Shown here: positions 41,200 through 53,790 of the stretch, piece after piece
How the letters are laid out: each line of letters begins with the position of its first letter
Position numbering within the stretch: position 1 is the stretch's first letter
Assembly: GCF_009914755.1 (NCBI RefSeq)
Contig: NC_060929.1
Length of the DNA stretch: 64,000 nt
Source of the DNA: the human T2T-CHM13v2.0 reference genome, Homo sapiens
Reading direction: 5' to 3' (one strand)
Notes under the pieces: generated by a model
Database searches by the model: none
Told to the model about the DNA's origin: nothing
The model's input: only the letters and a program-made list of their open reading frames with translations
Program-made: the position numbers and the translations under genes

Positions 41200-41955
41200 T
41201 AGGGAACTGCAAATTATAAGATGCCACTACACGCCCATTAAAGTGGCTAAAATATAAAATACTTGAGCACACCAAGTGTTGCTGAGGATGTGGTAGAACT
41301 GGGACTCTCATACCTTACAGGTAAGAATGTAAAATAGTGGAACTAATTTAGAATACAGTCTGACAGTTTCTTGCTAAGTGCATAATACCTATCATATAGT
41401 TGAACTATCCCTTGCCTAACTATAAACCCAAGAGAAAATGAAATATATTTTCATACAAAGACTTACTTATACATGACTATTCTTAGTGGCTTTATTTGTA
41501 ATAGCCCACAACTGGAAACAAGTTAAATGGCCATCAATAGGTAAATAAGTAAACACTGTAGTCTATTTATATAAAAAAAATTACTACTCGGAAACACAAA
41601 TCTATGAACTATTGACTACAACAACAATATAATTTCATTTTACAATAATTATGCAGAGTAGTAGAAGCTAGATAAAAAAGAATGCATATGATATAATTCC
41701 ATTTATAAAACTGATTTATATTGATAGATTAAAGCATGTTACAAGTTTCTCTGAGGTAAGCTCGATGTGTAGGGAAGGACAGAAGAAAGGGATAACAGAG
41801 GGCATGAAGACATTATAAGGGTGATAGATGTGTTCACTATTTTGATTCTGGGGATGGTTTCATGGGTGTATACCATGGCAAAATTCATCACATTTTATAC
41901 TTTAAGTATGTGTAGTTTATTCATGTTAATTACACCTTAATAAAACTGTTAAAAA
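41200..41955 (+). mobile_element. Old L1M (L1MD/ME-like) 3' end
   Basis: caccaagtgttgctgaggatgtggtagaactgggactctcatac...atagcccacaactggaaacaa...tacaccttaataaaactgtt. Confidence 0.8.
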
Positions 41956-41967
41956 CATCACAGCCTA

Positions 41968-42087
41968 TTGTGGTGATGGCTACGCTCACAGCCCATGCTT
42001 CACCACTACACAATGCAATATATGCATGTAACAAATCTGTACCTGTACCCTGTAAATCTATTTAAAAACTAATAAATAAAATAAAAT
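41968..42087 (+). mobile_element. L1PB-like 3' tail fragment
   Basis: gtgatggctac...cttcaccactacacaatg...tatgcatgtaacaaatctgtacctgtaccctgtaaatcta + A-rich tail. Confidence 0.75.
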
Positions 42088-43594
42088 TGTACAACTTGTG
42101 TTGCCCATCTACAATGTAAAATTGTTAAAATTTTTGAAAAATAATTCAATTTTAAAACTTTGAAAAAATGCCATCAAAGAATTACCTTCATTTGCCTGTC
42201 TTTTGGATAAAAGCCATTTTAACGGGGATGAGATGATATCACATTAAGTTTTGATTTGTACTTTGCTGATGATTAGTGATGCTGAGCATTTTTTCACATA
42301 AATGTTGACCATTTGTGTGTCTTCTTTTGAGAAAGGTCTATTCAGATATTTTGCCCATTTATTAATTGGATTATTTGATTTATTTTATTGAGTAGTTTGA
42401 GCTCCTTATGTGTTCTGATTATTAACCCCTGGTCAGATGGGTAGACTGCAGACATCTTCTCCCATTTTCTAGGTCGTCTCCTCACTTTGTTGATTGTTTT
42501 CTTTGCCATGCAGAAGGTTTTTAGCTTGATGTGATCCCATTTGTCCATGTTTGCTTTAGTTGCCTGTGCTTCTAGGGTATTACTCAAGAAATCCTTGCCC
42601 TGTCCAATGTCCTAAAGAGTTCCCACGTTTGCTTTTAGTAGTTGCATAGTTTCAGGTCTCATATTTAAGTCTTTCCTCATTTTGATTTGATTTTTGTATA
42701 TGGCAAAAAATAGGGGTCTAGTTTCATTATTCTGAATATGGATGTCCCCTTTCTTGAAGAGACAGTTCTTTCCCCAATGTATGTTCTTGACACTTTTGTC
42801 CAAAATAAGTTTACTGTAGCTGTGTGGATTTATATCTGGGTTCTCTATTCTGTTCAATTGGTCTATTTGCCTGTTTTTCCTCCTCACTCCAGCTAAAATG
42901 CGTTTTATCCAAAAGACAGGCAATAACGAATGTCTGTGAGGATGTGGAGACAGGGGAACCATTGTAAACTGTTGATACGAATGTAAATTAGTACAGTCAT
43001 TATGAAAAACAGTGTGGTCGTTCCTAAAAAATACTAAAACCCAAACTACCATGTGATCCAGCAATCCTCCTAGGTAGGCAGCCAACAAAAAGGAAACGAG
43101 TATACAGAAGACACATATGCATTCTCATGTTCATCATAGCACTCTTCAGAATAGCCAAGATTTGGAATCAACCCAAGCCTCCATCAATGAAAGACTGAAT
43201 AAAGAAAAGGTGACAGATATACATAATTAAATGTTATTCAGACACAAAAAGAATGAGATCCTGTCATTTGCAACAACATGGATGGAAGAGGAGGACATCA
43301 GGCTAATTGAAATAGCTAGGCACAGAAAACCAAATTTCATATATTCTCACTCATATGTACGAGCTAAAAATTAAAGCAATTGAACTCCTGCACATACAGA
43401 GTAGAATCAATGATGGTTACCAGAGGCTAAGAAGGGTGGCAAGAAGGGGAGAAAAAGTGTGTATGGTTAAGGGGCACAAAAATACAATTAGAATGAATAA
43501 GATCTAGTATCTAATAGCACAACACAATAACAATAATCAACAAAAATTTATTGTATATTTAACAATAACTAAAAGAATAAAATTGGAATGTTCC

Positions 43595-46070
43595 TGATAT
43601 GGTTTGGATTTGTGTTCCCACTTGTATTAGTCTGTTTTCATGTTGCTGATAAAGATACTCAAGAGTGGGCAATTTACAAAAAAAAAAGAGATTTAATTGG
43701 ACTTCCCCATCTGGCTGGAGAAGTCTCACAGTCATGGCAGAAGGCAAGAAGGAGCAAGTCACATCTTAAGTAGATGGCAGCAGGCAAAGAGGCAGAGCTT
43801 GTGCAGGGGACCTCCTCCTTTTAAAACCATCATATCTCATGAGACTTATTCACTATCATGAAACAGCATGGGAAACACTTGCCCCTGTTATTCAATTACT
43901 TCCCACTGGGTCCCTCCCACAACATGTGGGAATTCAAGATGGGATTTGGGTGGGGACACAGCTAAATCATATCATTCTGCCCTTGGCCCCTCCCAAATCT
44001 CATGTCCTCACATTTCAAAACCAATCATGCCTTCCCAAGAGTCCCCCAAAGTCTTAAACTCATTTCAGCATTAATTCAAAAACCCACAGTCCAAAGTCTC
44101 ATTCGAGACAAGGCAAGTCCTTTCCACCTATGAACCTGTAATATCAAAAGCAGGTTAGTTACTTCCTAGATGCTAGCAGGGAACAGGCATTGGGTAAAGA
44201 CAGCCATTTCAAATGAGAGAAATTGGTCAAAACAAGAGGGCTACAGGGCTCATCCAAGTCCAAGATCCAGTGGGGCAGCCAAATCTTAAAGCTTGAAAAT
44301 GATATCCTTTGGCTCCATGTCTTGCATCCAGGTCATGCTGATGCAAGAGGTGGGTTCCCATGGTCTTGGGCAGCTCCACCTCTGTGACTTTGCAGGGTAC
44401 ACCCTCCTTCCCAGCCGCTTGCATGGCCTGGTGTTGAGTGTCTGCAGCTTTTCCAGGCACACTGTGCAAGCTGTCAGTGGATCTACCATTCTGGGGTCTG
44501 GAGGATGGCAGCCCTCTTCTCACAACTCCACTAGGCAGTGCCCCAATAGGGACTCTGTGTGGGGTCTCTGACCCCACATTTCCCTTCTGCACTCCACTCC
44601 CCTAGCAGAGGTTCTTCATGAGAGCCCCACTCCCACAGCAAACTTATGCCTGGATATCTAGGCATTTCCATACATCTTCTGAAATCTAGGCAGAGGTTCA
44701 CAAACCTCAGTTCTTGACTTCTGTGCACTCGCAGGCTCAATACCACATGTAATCTGCCAAGGCTTGAGGTTTGCAATCTCTGAAGCCACAGCCAGAGCTC
44801 TACATTGACCCCTTTCAGCCATGGCTAGAGCAGCTGGGACACAAGGCACCAAGTCCCTAGGCTGCACACAGCACAGGAATCCTGGGCCCAGATCACAAAA
44901 CCGCCTTTTTCTCCTAGGCCTCTGGGCCTATGATGGGAGGGGCTGCCATGAAGCTCTCTAACATGCCCTGGAGACATTTTCCCCATTGTCTTGGGAATTA
45001 ACATTCAGCTCCTCATTACTTATGCAAATTTCTGCAGCTTGCTTGAATTTCTCCTCAGAAAATGGGTTTTTCTTTTCTATCACATTGTCAGGCTGCAAAT
45101 TTTCTGAACTTTTATGCTCTGCTTTCCTCATAAACTGAATGCCCTTAAAAGCACCCAAGTCACCTCTTGAATGCTTTGCTGCTAAGAAATTTCTTCCTCC
45201 AGATACTCTAAATCATCTCTCTCAAGTTCAAAGTTCCACAAATCTCTAGGGCAGGGGTGAAATGCCTCCAGTGTCTCTGCTATAGCATAACAAGTGTCAC
45301 CTTTTCTTCAATTCCCAACAAGTTCCTAATCTGCATCTGAGACCAACTCAGCCTGGACCTTATTGTTTATATCACTGTCAGCAGTTTTGTCAAAACCATT
45401 CAATAAGTCTCTAGGAAGTTCCAAACTTTCCCATATTTTCCTCTCTTTTTCTAAGCCCTCCAAACTGTTCCTGCCTCTGCCTATTACCCAGTTCTAAAGC
45501 TGCTTCTACATTTTTGGTTATCTTTTCAGCAACACCCCACTCTTGGCACCAATTCACTGTATTAGTCTGTTTTTACGCTGCTGATAAAGACATACCTGAG
45601 ACTAGGCAATTTATGAAAGATAGAGATTTAACTGGACTTACAGTTCCTTGTGGCTGCGGAAGCCTCAAAATCATGGAGGAAGGCAAAGAGGAGCAAGTCA
45701 TGTCTTACATGGATGGCAGCAGCCAAAAAGACAGAGATTGTGCAGGTGAACTCTTCATTTTAAAAATTCAGATCTCATGTGACTTTTTCACTATCATGAG
45801 AACAGCATGGGAAAGACTTGCTCCCATGATTCAATTACCTCCCACTGGGTCCCTTGCACAACATGGGAGAATTCAAGATGAGATTTGGGTGGGGACACAG
45901 CAAAACCATAATACCACCCAGCTCTCATGTTGAATTTTAATCCTTGATGTTGGAGGAAGAGCCTAATGGGTGGTGATTGGATCATGGGGGCAGATTTCCC
46001 ACTTTCTCTTCTCATGATAGTGAGTGAGTCTTCATAAGATCTGGTTGTTTAAAAGTGTGTAGCACCCACA
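43595..46070 (+). mobile_element. MSTA-like LTR (split by THE1A; most of 3' half deleted)
   Basis: tgatatggtttggatttgtgttcccac|...|cagctctcatgttgaattttaatcc...gatctggttgtttaaaagtgtgtagcacc-caca; TSD gttcc on both sides. Confidence 0.85.
43623..45913 (-). mobile_element. Full-length THE1A-like MaLR element (LTR 43623-43974, internal 43975-45557, LTR 45558-45913)
   Basis: Two homologous ~350-bp LTRs with THE1A-type gggaattcaagatg; THE1 internal sequence whose degenerate ORF fragments appear in the ORF track; TSD ccact/ccacc. Confidence 0.93.
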
Positions 46071-46249
46071 GTTCCTAACACAGAGAAATGACAAATGCTT
46101 GAGACAATGGATACCCTAATTATGCTAATTTGATCATTACATATTATATTGCTGTATGAAAACATCACATACACCCTGTAAATATATACACCTATTATGG
46201 ACTCATAATAATTAAAAATTAAATGAAGAATTAACTTCAAAATAAGACA

Positions 46250-47280
46250 CTGTACCCAGGTCATTGAAATGTGAATTATTTTAGACTTTCAAACCAAATG
46301 AAAGGTAAGCTCTCACTCTATCTAAACAACTACAGAACGTCAAAGGAATAAATGCTGCTCAATCTCAATTTTTGGTAGTTAACAAAGCCAAGTAAACACA
46401 ATCAAGAAAATCAGCCAATCATAGCTAAGAGTGGAGATGAAAATATAACACAGGACACTATTATCTCAAATTCAACAATAGACTATTTTTAAATACCCTC
46501 ATAAGCAAGCATTGCCTTCTGCAGAAATTAAAAATAACACACCTTACTCTTGGGAAAGCCACTGATTCTTGTTAACACAGAAATAGGTTAAATAAGAGCT
46601 ATTACCCACATCACAATATCATGAGATTAAATGTCTCCACATTTAACTTCTGCTCCTAACATAAAGTAAAAATAAATATCTTAATGTATCACAATAAAAA
46701 TGATACCTTAAAAACATGATAGGGAACATCTTTCTTAAACTGCATCATTAGCATACTTGAGGATAAATGCCTCCAGCATCTCCACCACTAGGATTATTAT
46801 TTGAATGTTTCGGTCTGTACTTGCAGAAAAAAATGTTAAGTTGCAAATGGTCTACATAAATAAAATTATTGTTTACAAACATTTGAGTCTCTCTTTGAAG
46901 AATCCAAAGGGATCAACTGACAAGATTAAGACACCTGGTTGCAAAATAAGTATATTCAATATTAAGAAAAAAAATCCCCCTACAATAACAACAAAACTTT
47001 GTATAACTTACAAATCAACCTAAGCACAGAAGTGGTTCATCCACCTAAATGAGAAGGAGCACTCTAATGAGTTACATAAAAGATGTGAGCATCACAGGGA
47101 GAGGCTATATTTTCCAATTTTAAAAATAACATTTTAAAAATGTCAATTATTTTCAAATTAATCTACAATGTAATACAAATTAGATAAAAATTTGAATAGG
47201 GTTTTATTTGGAACATGGAAAAATGGTCATAAAGTTGTTCTACTGGCAAGTTGAACAACGTAATAACTCAGACAATAATG
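46250..47280 (+). mobile_element. Highly degraded L1M (L1ME-like) ORF2 relic
   Basis: aaaatgtcaattattttcaaattaatctacaatgtaatacaaatt..., aatccaaagggatcaactgacaa; A-rich. Confidence 0.55.
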
Positions 47281-48389
47281 TGAAAATCATCTCAGATCTG
47301 CCTCTTCTGACTATGGTCATCTCCCTAGAGAATCACCAGACTCAGAGAATGTTGGAAAAACCATCCATGGGACAAACAGCCGTCTTATTCTCAACTGTTA
47401 CAAAAAGAATCAGTTCAGACTCATTTCAGTTTCTTGAATCCGGTTTAACAAGAATCCGAGTTGCTGTCAAGAGTTTCTTATAAATATAGGTTTGAAAATT
47501 GCAAATAATATATAAGTTAAATATAAACACACTATGAACACTTCAAGTCTAATTTCAGGAAAATATTTTACTACCATAATAGTTTCAGTGGGTCAAGTTT
47601 CCCTGGTCTTGTTAAATGATAAAAAAGGTATTTGACAAATGTCAGCATTTTCTTCACAGAAGAAAACTAGACATAGAAATAAGATTGTGTTCACAGGAAA
47701 AACTGAACACATTAGAATTCAGTATACAACGTTGTAATTAACAGAGAAACACTAGTAAAATTCTAATTAGTGTCAAGAACAAGAGAACTCTAAGCCAACA
47801 TTGTTTCTGGGGGTCTTCGCTAACACAATGGAAAAAAGGAAATAAATAGACTACATAAATTGAAAAATAAACCCCAAAATGGTCATCATTTCTATTTAAT
47901 TCGTCACTTGGAATTCTAAAGAAACGATTTAAGAACGTTTGCCAATAAGATACCTCCATGATGTGTCCAGATAAAGCGTGATGTTCACAAGTTAATGGCC
48001 CTCCCACATATTAACGAGATCTGGAGAGCTGGTGTATGTGTGGAATTTAAAGTTGTTGGGTGTCTAAAACTGACAAGCAGAGTGTGAAGCAAGCAGAAAA
48101 TATGGACAGGAAGAAAGAATGAGCTATGCCAATAAACTCCAAGTGGAGGATTTTAAGAAGGGGTCTAGGAAAAGCCTGCACAGAGACCGAGAGAAAGACG
48201 TCCCAAGGCGTGGAGACCACGCCGGTGTTCCTCACAGGCCCCCCAGGGTAGGGGCCATGGTGGATGCAGAGCCAGCCGCTGGGCTCTGAAGTCCATTTGC
48301 TGGTGGCCCCGCGGCCATATGTCCATGGTCTGCTCCTTACCCTTGGCTGTGCTTGGCAGGAATGGCGAGACAGGCCTGCTCTTGCCAGC

Positions 48390-48553
48390 TTCCCTACCCT
48401 CGCTCTTTCACTGCGCGCGGACTCCCTGGTTCTGACATCTCTCTCAGCTCTCTCTGACTCTGTCCCAGATTTTCCCTCATACAGACAGTTCTAATAAAAT
48501 CTTTTCTTGTTTATTCCTCTTGGCATTGTTTCTCAGAGGACCTGAACTTTTGC
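48390..48553 (+). mobile_element. 3' part of an ERVL-type LTR (LTR40/LTR16-like)
   Basis: ctaataaaatc...tcttggcattgtttctcagaggacctgaac resembles ERVL LTR termini; 5' extent unclear. Confidence 0.35.
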
Positions 48554-50924
48554 ATAATTAAAATGTCCTGCTGTGTTTCAGTTTAACAAAACAGGATAAT
48601 TTAAAAAATAATAATAATGAAAGGACCCAAAGCTTTCACCGACAACAGGATTTCCAACTTAGTAGAGCAAGGAGCTGTGGGCAGTGTTGTCTTGGAAAGG
48701 ATGCGGGGACCCGCATTTCCTGGAACTCTGGCAGAACAATAAGGGAGGCCCAGTCCAATGTCCAAATACAGGGCTCAGAGGAGGAGCTGGTTTCAGAGAC
48801 TTAAGCGTTGTGAGGTTTCCCTCTGAGCCCCTGAGCCTCCTGTCCTTGGGACAGAGGTGGTTAATAAACCTAAGTTTGGAGAGTTGTGAGGTTAAGGGGT
48901 ACGGGAATTTAAGAGCATTGCTCCTTGCAATATAAAATGTAGATAGAATCAAAAGAGTAAATTCGCTGAGGAATGAGGGTGGGGGTGTGAAGGCACAGCC
49001 TCAGGGGAATTGGCTTTGAGACTGGAGGACAGATGTGGATAGGCAGAGGCACAGTGCAATGGACCCTCCAGACAGTCCCAGGCCATGGCAAGGTGTAACC
49101 AGTAGTGATGGCCGCAGATGACAGAGGCAAGTAAAGACAGAGGTCTTCCCGGAAAAGACCAAGGTAGTGAGTAAGAGTAAGGGGCATTAAAGAGAAGCTT
49201 GACAAATGGGTCAAATCTTTCAGCCAAATGTGGAAGCAGGAACTCTCCCCCACGGAAGAGGAAGTCCCAGATGAAGACAGATTGATTCTTGCAGGAAGAT
49301 AACGTTCTGCTTCCAACATCACGCTCAGTCATGTGCTTCTTCTGGCTTTTGCTGATCATACGTAATGATGGTAATATCAGTTATTTCTGTCTATTCTCAT
49401 GTAAATCACTCCTAGAAATCTTAAAAAGATTTAGTCCGATAATCTCTCATCAAAAGTTCTCATAAAACTGAAATTTTGACTTTTTCCTTTGTAAGTGGAG
49501 TGAAAGATAGAACTGACCTTGATTCTTAAGTTTAAAATGCAAGCATTTGCAACATTTCGAAGAGGAACGGAAGGGAAAAATGCACTTTGATGGCTCCCTA
49601 ATTTTATTTCTCAAGTTTTTATAAACCAACAATTGGTACAAAGGCAAACAAACTCAAGCTTTTAAAACACCAACAAAATCTGAACTTTCCCATGGCCTTC
49701 CAAAAATACCTAAATTATTCTTAAAACAACAGACATAATATAAATTTGATCGTATTTTGTTTTTGTTTTTAAAATTCAATTAGTGTGAGTATAGCTTTTC
49801 TTACATTTTTTAACTCGAGATAAATACACTTTTGCTTCCTAAATGCAAATATAACTATGAATTTCAACTAAAGTTTATACAACACAGAAATTCAGGAAAA
49901 TCCAGGTCCTAGAGGTGAAAATTAGAAATCCGTGACCTAACGCACCTTTACAAAATTTATTTGTTTGCATCCAAATATTTAGCCATAAGCTACGCTGTGT
50001 AACAGAACAGGATTTTTCCACTATTTGCCATGAGATAAATGCCTCCAAGAGTCTTTACCATGATTTCTAGAACACCAGTGGATTAGGAGTAGCTGATACC
50101 AGAAATGCAAGCTGCCCTCTGCCACCTCCAGCAAATGGATGGAGAGAGAACTCCAGGTATCGGAGGTGTTTCTCTTCCTCCTAGGTGGAGAAGAGCTTAG
50201 GGCTCTCTCAGTGTTTCAGAGATTGCACTGTGTGCAGTGCCTTATGTGTTACTCTGCAGAAGTGTAGGTTCTATCCTGCAAGGCCATGAGGTAGAGTTTG
50301 ACCAGATCATTGTTGCCATGACTTCCATTTCAAAGAAAGTGAAGACTGGTAGGAGGTGCAAGGTGGCCACTGGAGATGAGTGAATCAGACTGTGTGGAGA
50401 GAAAGTGGATTGTCATCAAAAGGACACTTGAGGGTAGGATCTTGATTTCCAAGAGCCACTGGCTTCCAGAGGTTCAGGCGGCATCACTGTGGATGGAATG
50501 GTAACCTTGTATCTAGTTTGACAAGGATGCTACCTGCGGCCACTACCACCTGAAGGGGACAGAGCAGCTTGTTGTCAAGACATTAGGTGGGTGAATACAG
50601 GATGGGGCCGGGAAAACAGTGTTGGAGGGCTCTCCTTGCCCCTCAGCTGCCTTGTCAGCACTGTGATGGCCATAAGCCCTGAGGAATTGTAGCTGGGTAT
50701 CTCTCACAGAGTGTGTGTGGGGCGCTGTATTGTGGCACATTGTGGGAAAGGACCCCTGGCATCTCATGCAATACCAGTTGCTGCCAATGCTGTTACTTCA
50801 TCTTTCTTTCTCCGAGACCTTGAGTTCTCTCTCCATCCATTTGCTGGAAGTGACAGAGGCCAATTTCTGGCATCAGCTACTCCTAATTTATTCAAAATTA
50901 ATAAGAAAGATGAAAAAATTTAAT

Positions 50925-51150
50925 TTATAACATACAAACATACTTTTATATATGCTAGTATATAAAATATTTAATTTATAAAATATAAATATATACTTTT
51001 TATATATGCTATATATAATTAATTAAATTATAATTTTTAAAAATCAAGAGATTATAAATTATAAAGATATACTTTTTATGTTCGTATATAATATACTTTA
51101 TAAGCACTATGCATTTATATATAAATCTGTGTTTATATATAGAAAGTATA
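50925..51150. repeat. AT-rich (TA) low-complexity region
   Basis: Repeated tatatacttttatatatgct-type units. Confidence 0.85.
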
Positions 51151-51599
51151 CACCACCTGAATATTTTCTTCCTTAGCTCTTAAGGTTTCTCTGAACAAGG
51201 CAGGAATATGCAGGCTGCAGCTCACCACAAACCTCCATGGCTCTCTGCTCTCTTCTCAAACACGTGCGACCTGGTACCTTCCACACCCTCTTTCCTTTTG
51301 AGCCCAGCCCATGTCTTCAGGTGCATCTTCAACTGTTATTACCCATAAACCATCTTTTTGTCTAAAGGTAGGACAGTACTTTGGACACCCTCGTGAGAAT
51401 GCTCCCCCTCCCTCAGGGCCTCCTCAAGGAAGGAGCTTCATCTCCCTACTGATTCACATTTTTTATTCAGGCCTATGAGAGAAGACTTCTCCCACACTTA
51501 TAGGATATTTTCTGTGCCCTTTAATCTGGCTCCAAGCTTGTCAAGAAGTTAATATCCCCACTTGAATCAGCTGCTATATTATCTAATCTTTCTGGATTT

Positions 51600-52200
51600 G
51601 ATTAGACACATTTTTAATAAAAATGTCTTTAAGATATTCCTTTGAATCAAGAATAAATTTGTGAATCCAATTGTTTTAATAACAGCCTCCCAGATATTCC
51701 TCTATATCAATTTTGCTCACTTGATCAATATTCCTTGAGAATAGTTTTGTAACTAGCAACAAATTCACCTAACTCAGCTCTAATGACAAGTTTTATTTCT
51801 TATGGGTTTCCAAAAAATGTCATGAAAGACTGTGTCACACGTTTTGTAGAAGGCAATACCATTGTGTCCAGAACATTTGCTGCTCTGTGCTCCATGACCT
51901 CATCCAAACAGAGGGGAGATCAACTGGACAGGTCTCATTTCCAGGGAATCCATGGGGGTCTTAGGTAACTCTGACCACTTCTCAAATTTCCTCCAAATAA
52001 CCTACATAATAATTTGTTCTAAACATTTATCATGAATTAATGATAAAATATCAGTCAATAAATCCTGGGACCATGTACATTTGAAAATGAATGTGCTGCC
52101 CATCCTAATGTCTTCTGGTACATCCATACCGGAAGAGAAACCCCTCATCATAGGCATTCAGACACTTATTTGCATTAATTTTAAACAATTAGGAGATCTC
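51600..52200 (-). mobile_element. L3/CR1 LINE relic (RT-domain region)
   Basis: atgtcatgaaagactgtgtcacacgtttt...aatccatggggg...ataataatttgttctaaacattt...tgaaaatg...gtcttctggtac is colinear with the antisense CR1/L3 ORF2 consensus as I recall it. Confidence 0.6.
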
Positions 52201-52649
52201 TTGTGATCTCCTCACTGGGTATAGGTTTGTGTTATTTTTCTAAGATACAAATTTTATTCTTTTTCTTGAAGTTTTAAAATTTCCTTTTCTAGAAACAAAT
52301 AGAACAAATCTGATTTTTCTTTAATAGTAAAATCTTACTTTTTAAAAACATCTATTTGTTTAATGCTTCTCTTCCTACATAGGTAGAAGAAAAATCAGCC
52401 AATTTGTTTCCACTTGATTTTGAGTGTTAGCTTTCCTTTATTCTTCCTTAGGGTTGAAGTCATGCTTTTACAATATTCCAAAGATCAATTATAGTGCTTT
52501 ATTTTCAGGAGTTACCAATGGTCTCTGTCCATAAGTCTCATGATTCTATTCTCCTCTCAACCTTTCACAATCTTATTAATTATTTTATGTTAGATAGATG
52601 CCATTGCTTAACTCGCCCAACAACTCTGTTCTTCCAAAAGTTTGGGAAA

Positions 52650-53011
52650 TGTATTAGTTCATTTTCACACTGCTATGAAGAAATATCCAAGACAGTAATT
52701 TATAAATAAAAAGAGGTTTAATAGACTCATAATTTCACATGGCTGGGGAGGCCTCACAATCATGGCAGAAGGTGAATGAGGAGCAAAGTCATGTCCTACA
52801 TGGCAGCAGGCAAGAGAGCATGTGCTGGGGAACTGCCCTTTATAAAACCATCAGATCTCATGAGACTTGTTCACTATCAGGAGAACAGCACAGGAAAATC
52901 ACACCCCCATGAATCAATTACCTCTCACTGTGTCCCTCCCATGACACATGGGGATTACAGGAGCTAAAATTCAAGATGAGATTTAGGTGGGGACATAACC
53001 AAACCATATCA
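52650..53011 (-). mobile_element. THE1C-like solo LTR
   Basis: tgtattagttcattttcacactgctatgaagaaat...ggtggggacataaccaaaccatatca. Confidence 0.92.
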
Positions 53012-53334
53012 GGGGAAAATAAAGCTAAAAAGCAAAATGTTAATCTCTACGTCACATTTCTCACACTCATGAAAAGAATCCCAGGAGTTTTGTGGAGTCC
53101 AGGGTGGCCCAACTCTGGGCTCCATCCACACCATGACTAGGGCACATCTCCTTTTTATCTGTCTTTCTATTGGACTTCATGTACTATTACTTTTGAAGGA
53201 AAAATATATTCTATTCCTAGGGAAAGCAAGAACCTTTCTTTCTCTTTATTTAGCCAGGGGCCCAATTTTAAAGAGTTGTTTCTAAAGGCTTTTCATCTTT
53301 CCTTGTAACACCATGTTTAAGATAGGCTACAATC

Positions 53335-53790
53335 TGTGTGTGTGAGTGCCTATGTGTGTATGTGTGTATTCTTGGATATGTCTGTGTGTCTGAATGTGCC
53401 TCCATGTGTGTCTCTGTGTATCTACACATGAGTGCATGCATGAACATATGCGTATTGCTTTGCATGTATGTGCATGTGTGTTTATGTGCACCTATGTGTG
53501 AGTGCATACATGTGCATATGTGGATTCCTGTGTATGCATGTATGTGTCTGTGTGTGTGTGTGAGACAGTTCATGTATGTGTATATATGTCTTCTTGGCTA
53601 TATATTTGTGTGTCTGAATATGTCTCTGAGTGTGTCTTTTTGTGAATCTATATATGAGTGCATGCTTGTGTATATATGTATTCCTGTGTGTGCATATGTG
53701 CCTGTGTGTCCTGTGTGTGTGAGAGAGTGCATATAGATGTATTGCTATGTATGCATTTGTGTGTTTGTGTGTATCTGTGTGTGTGTGTGT
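53335..53790. repeat. Degenerate (TG)/(TATG)n low-complexity tract
   Basis: About 450 bp dominated by alternating purine-pyrimidine tgtg/tatg/tgca. Confidence 0.9.

Larger units (their letters stand above)
42191..46225 (+). mobile_element. L1MA with 5' inversion (antisense 42191-~42878, sense ~42882-46225), hosting MSTA and THE1A
   Basis: Orientation switch near 42880; sense 3'UTR broken at gttcc (43590-43594) and resumed at 46071; TSD aagaattaccttca (42177-42190) / aagaattaacttca (46226-46239). Confidence 0.88.

Noticed and set aside
42342-43088. ORFs with L1 ORF2-like peptides (e.g. KWDHIKLKTFC, IDQLNRIENPDINPH)
   Set aside because: These are fragments of the decayed, inverted L1MA, not a functional gene.
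44227-45158. Minus-strand ORFs inside the THE1 internal region
   Set aside because: Frameshifted relics of the MaLR internal ORF; no intact coding sequence.
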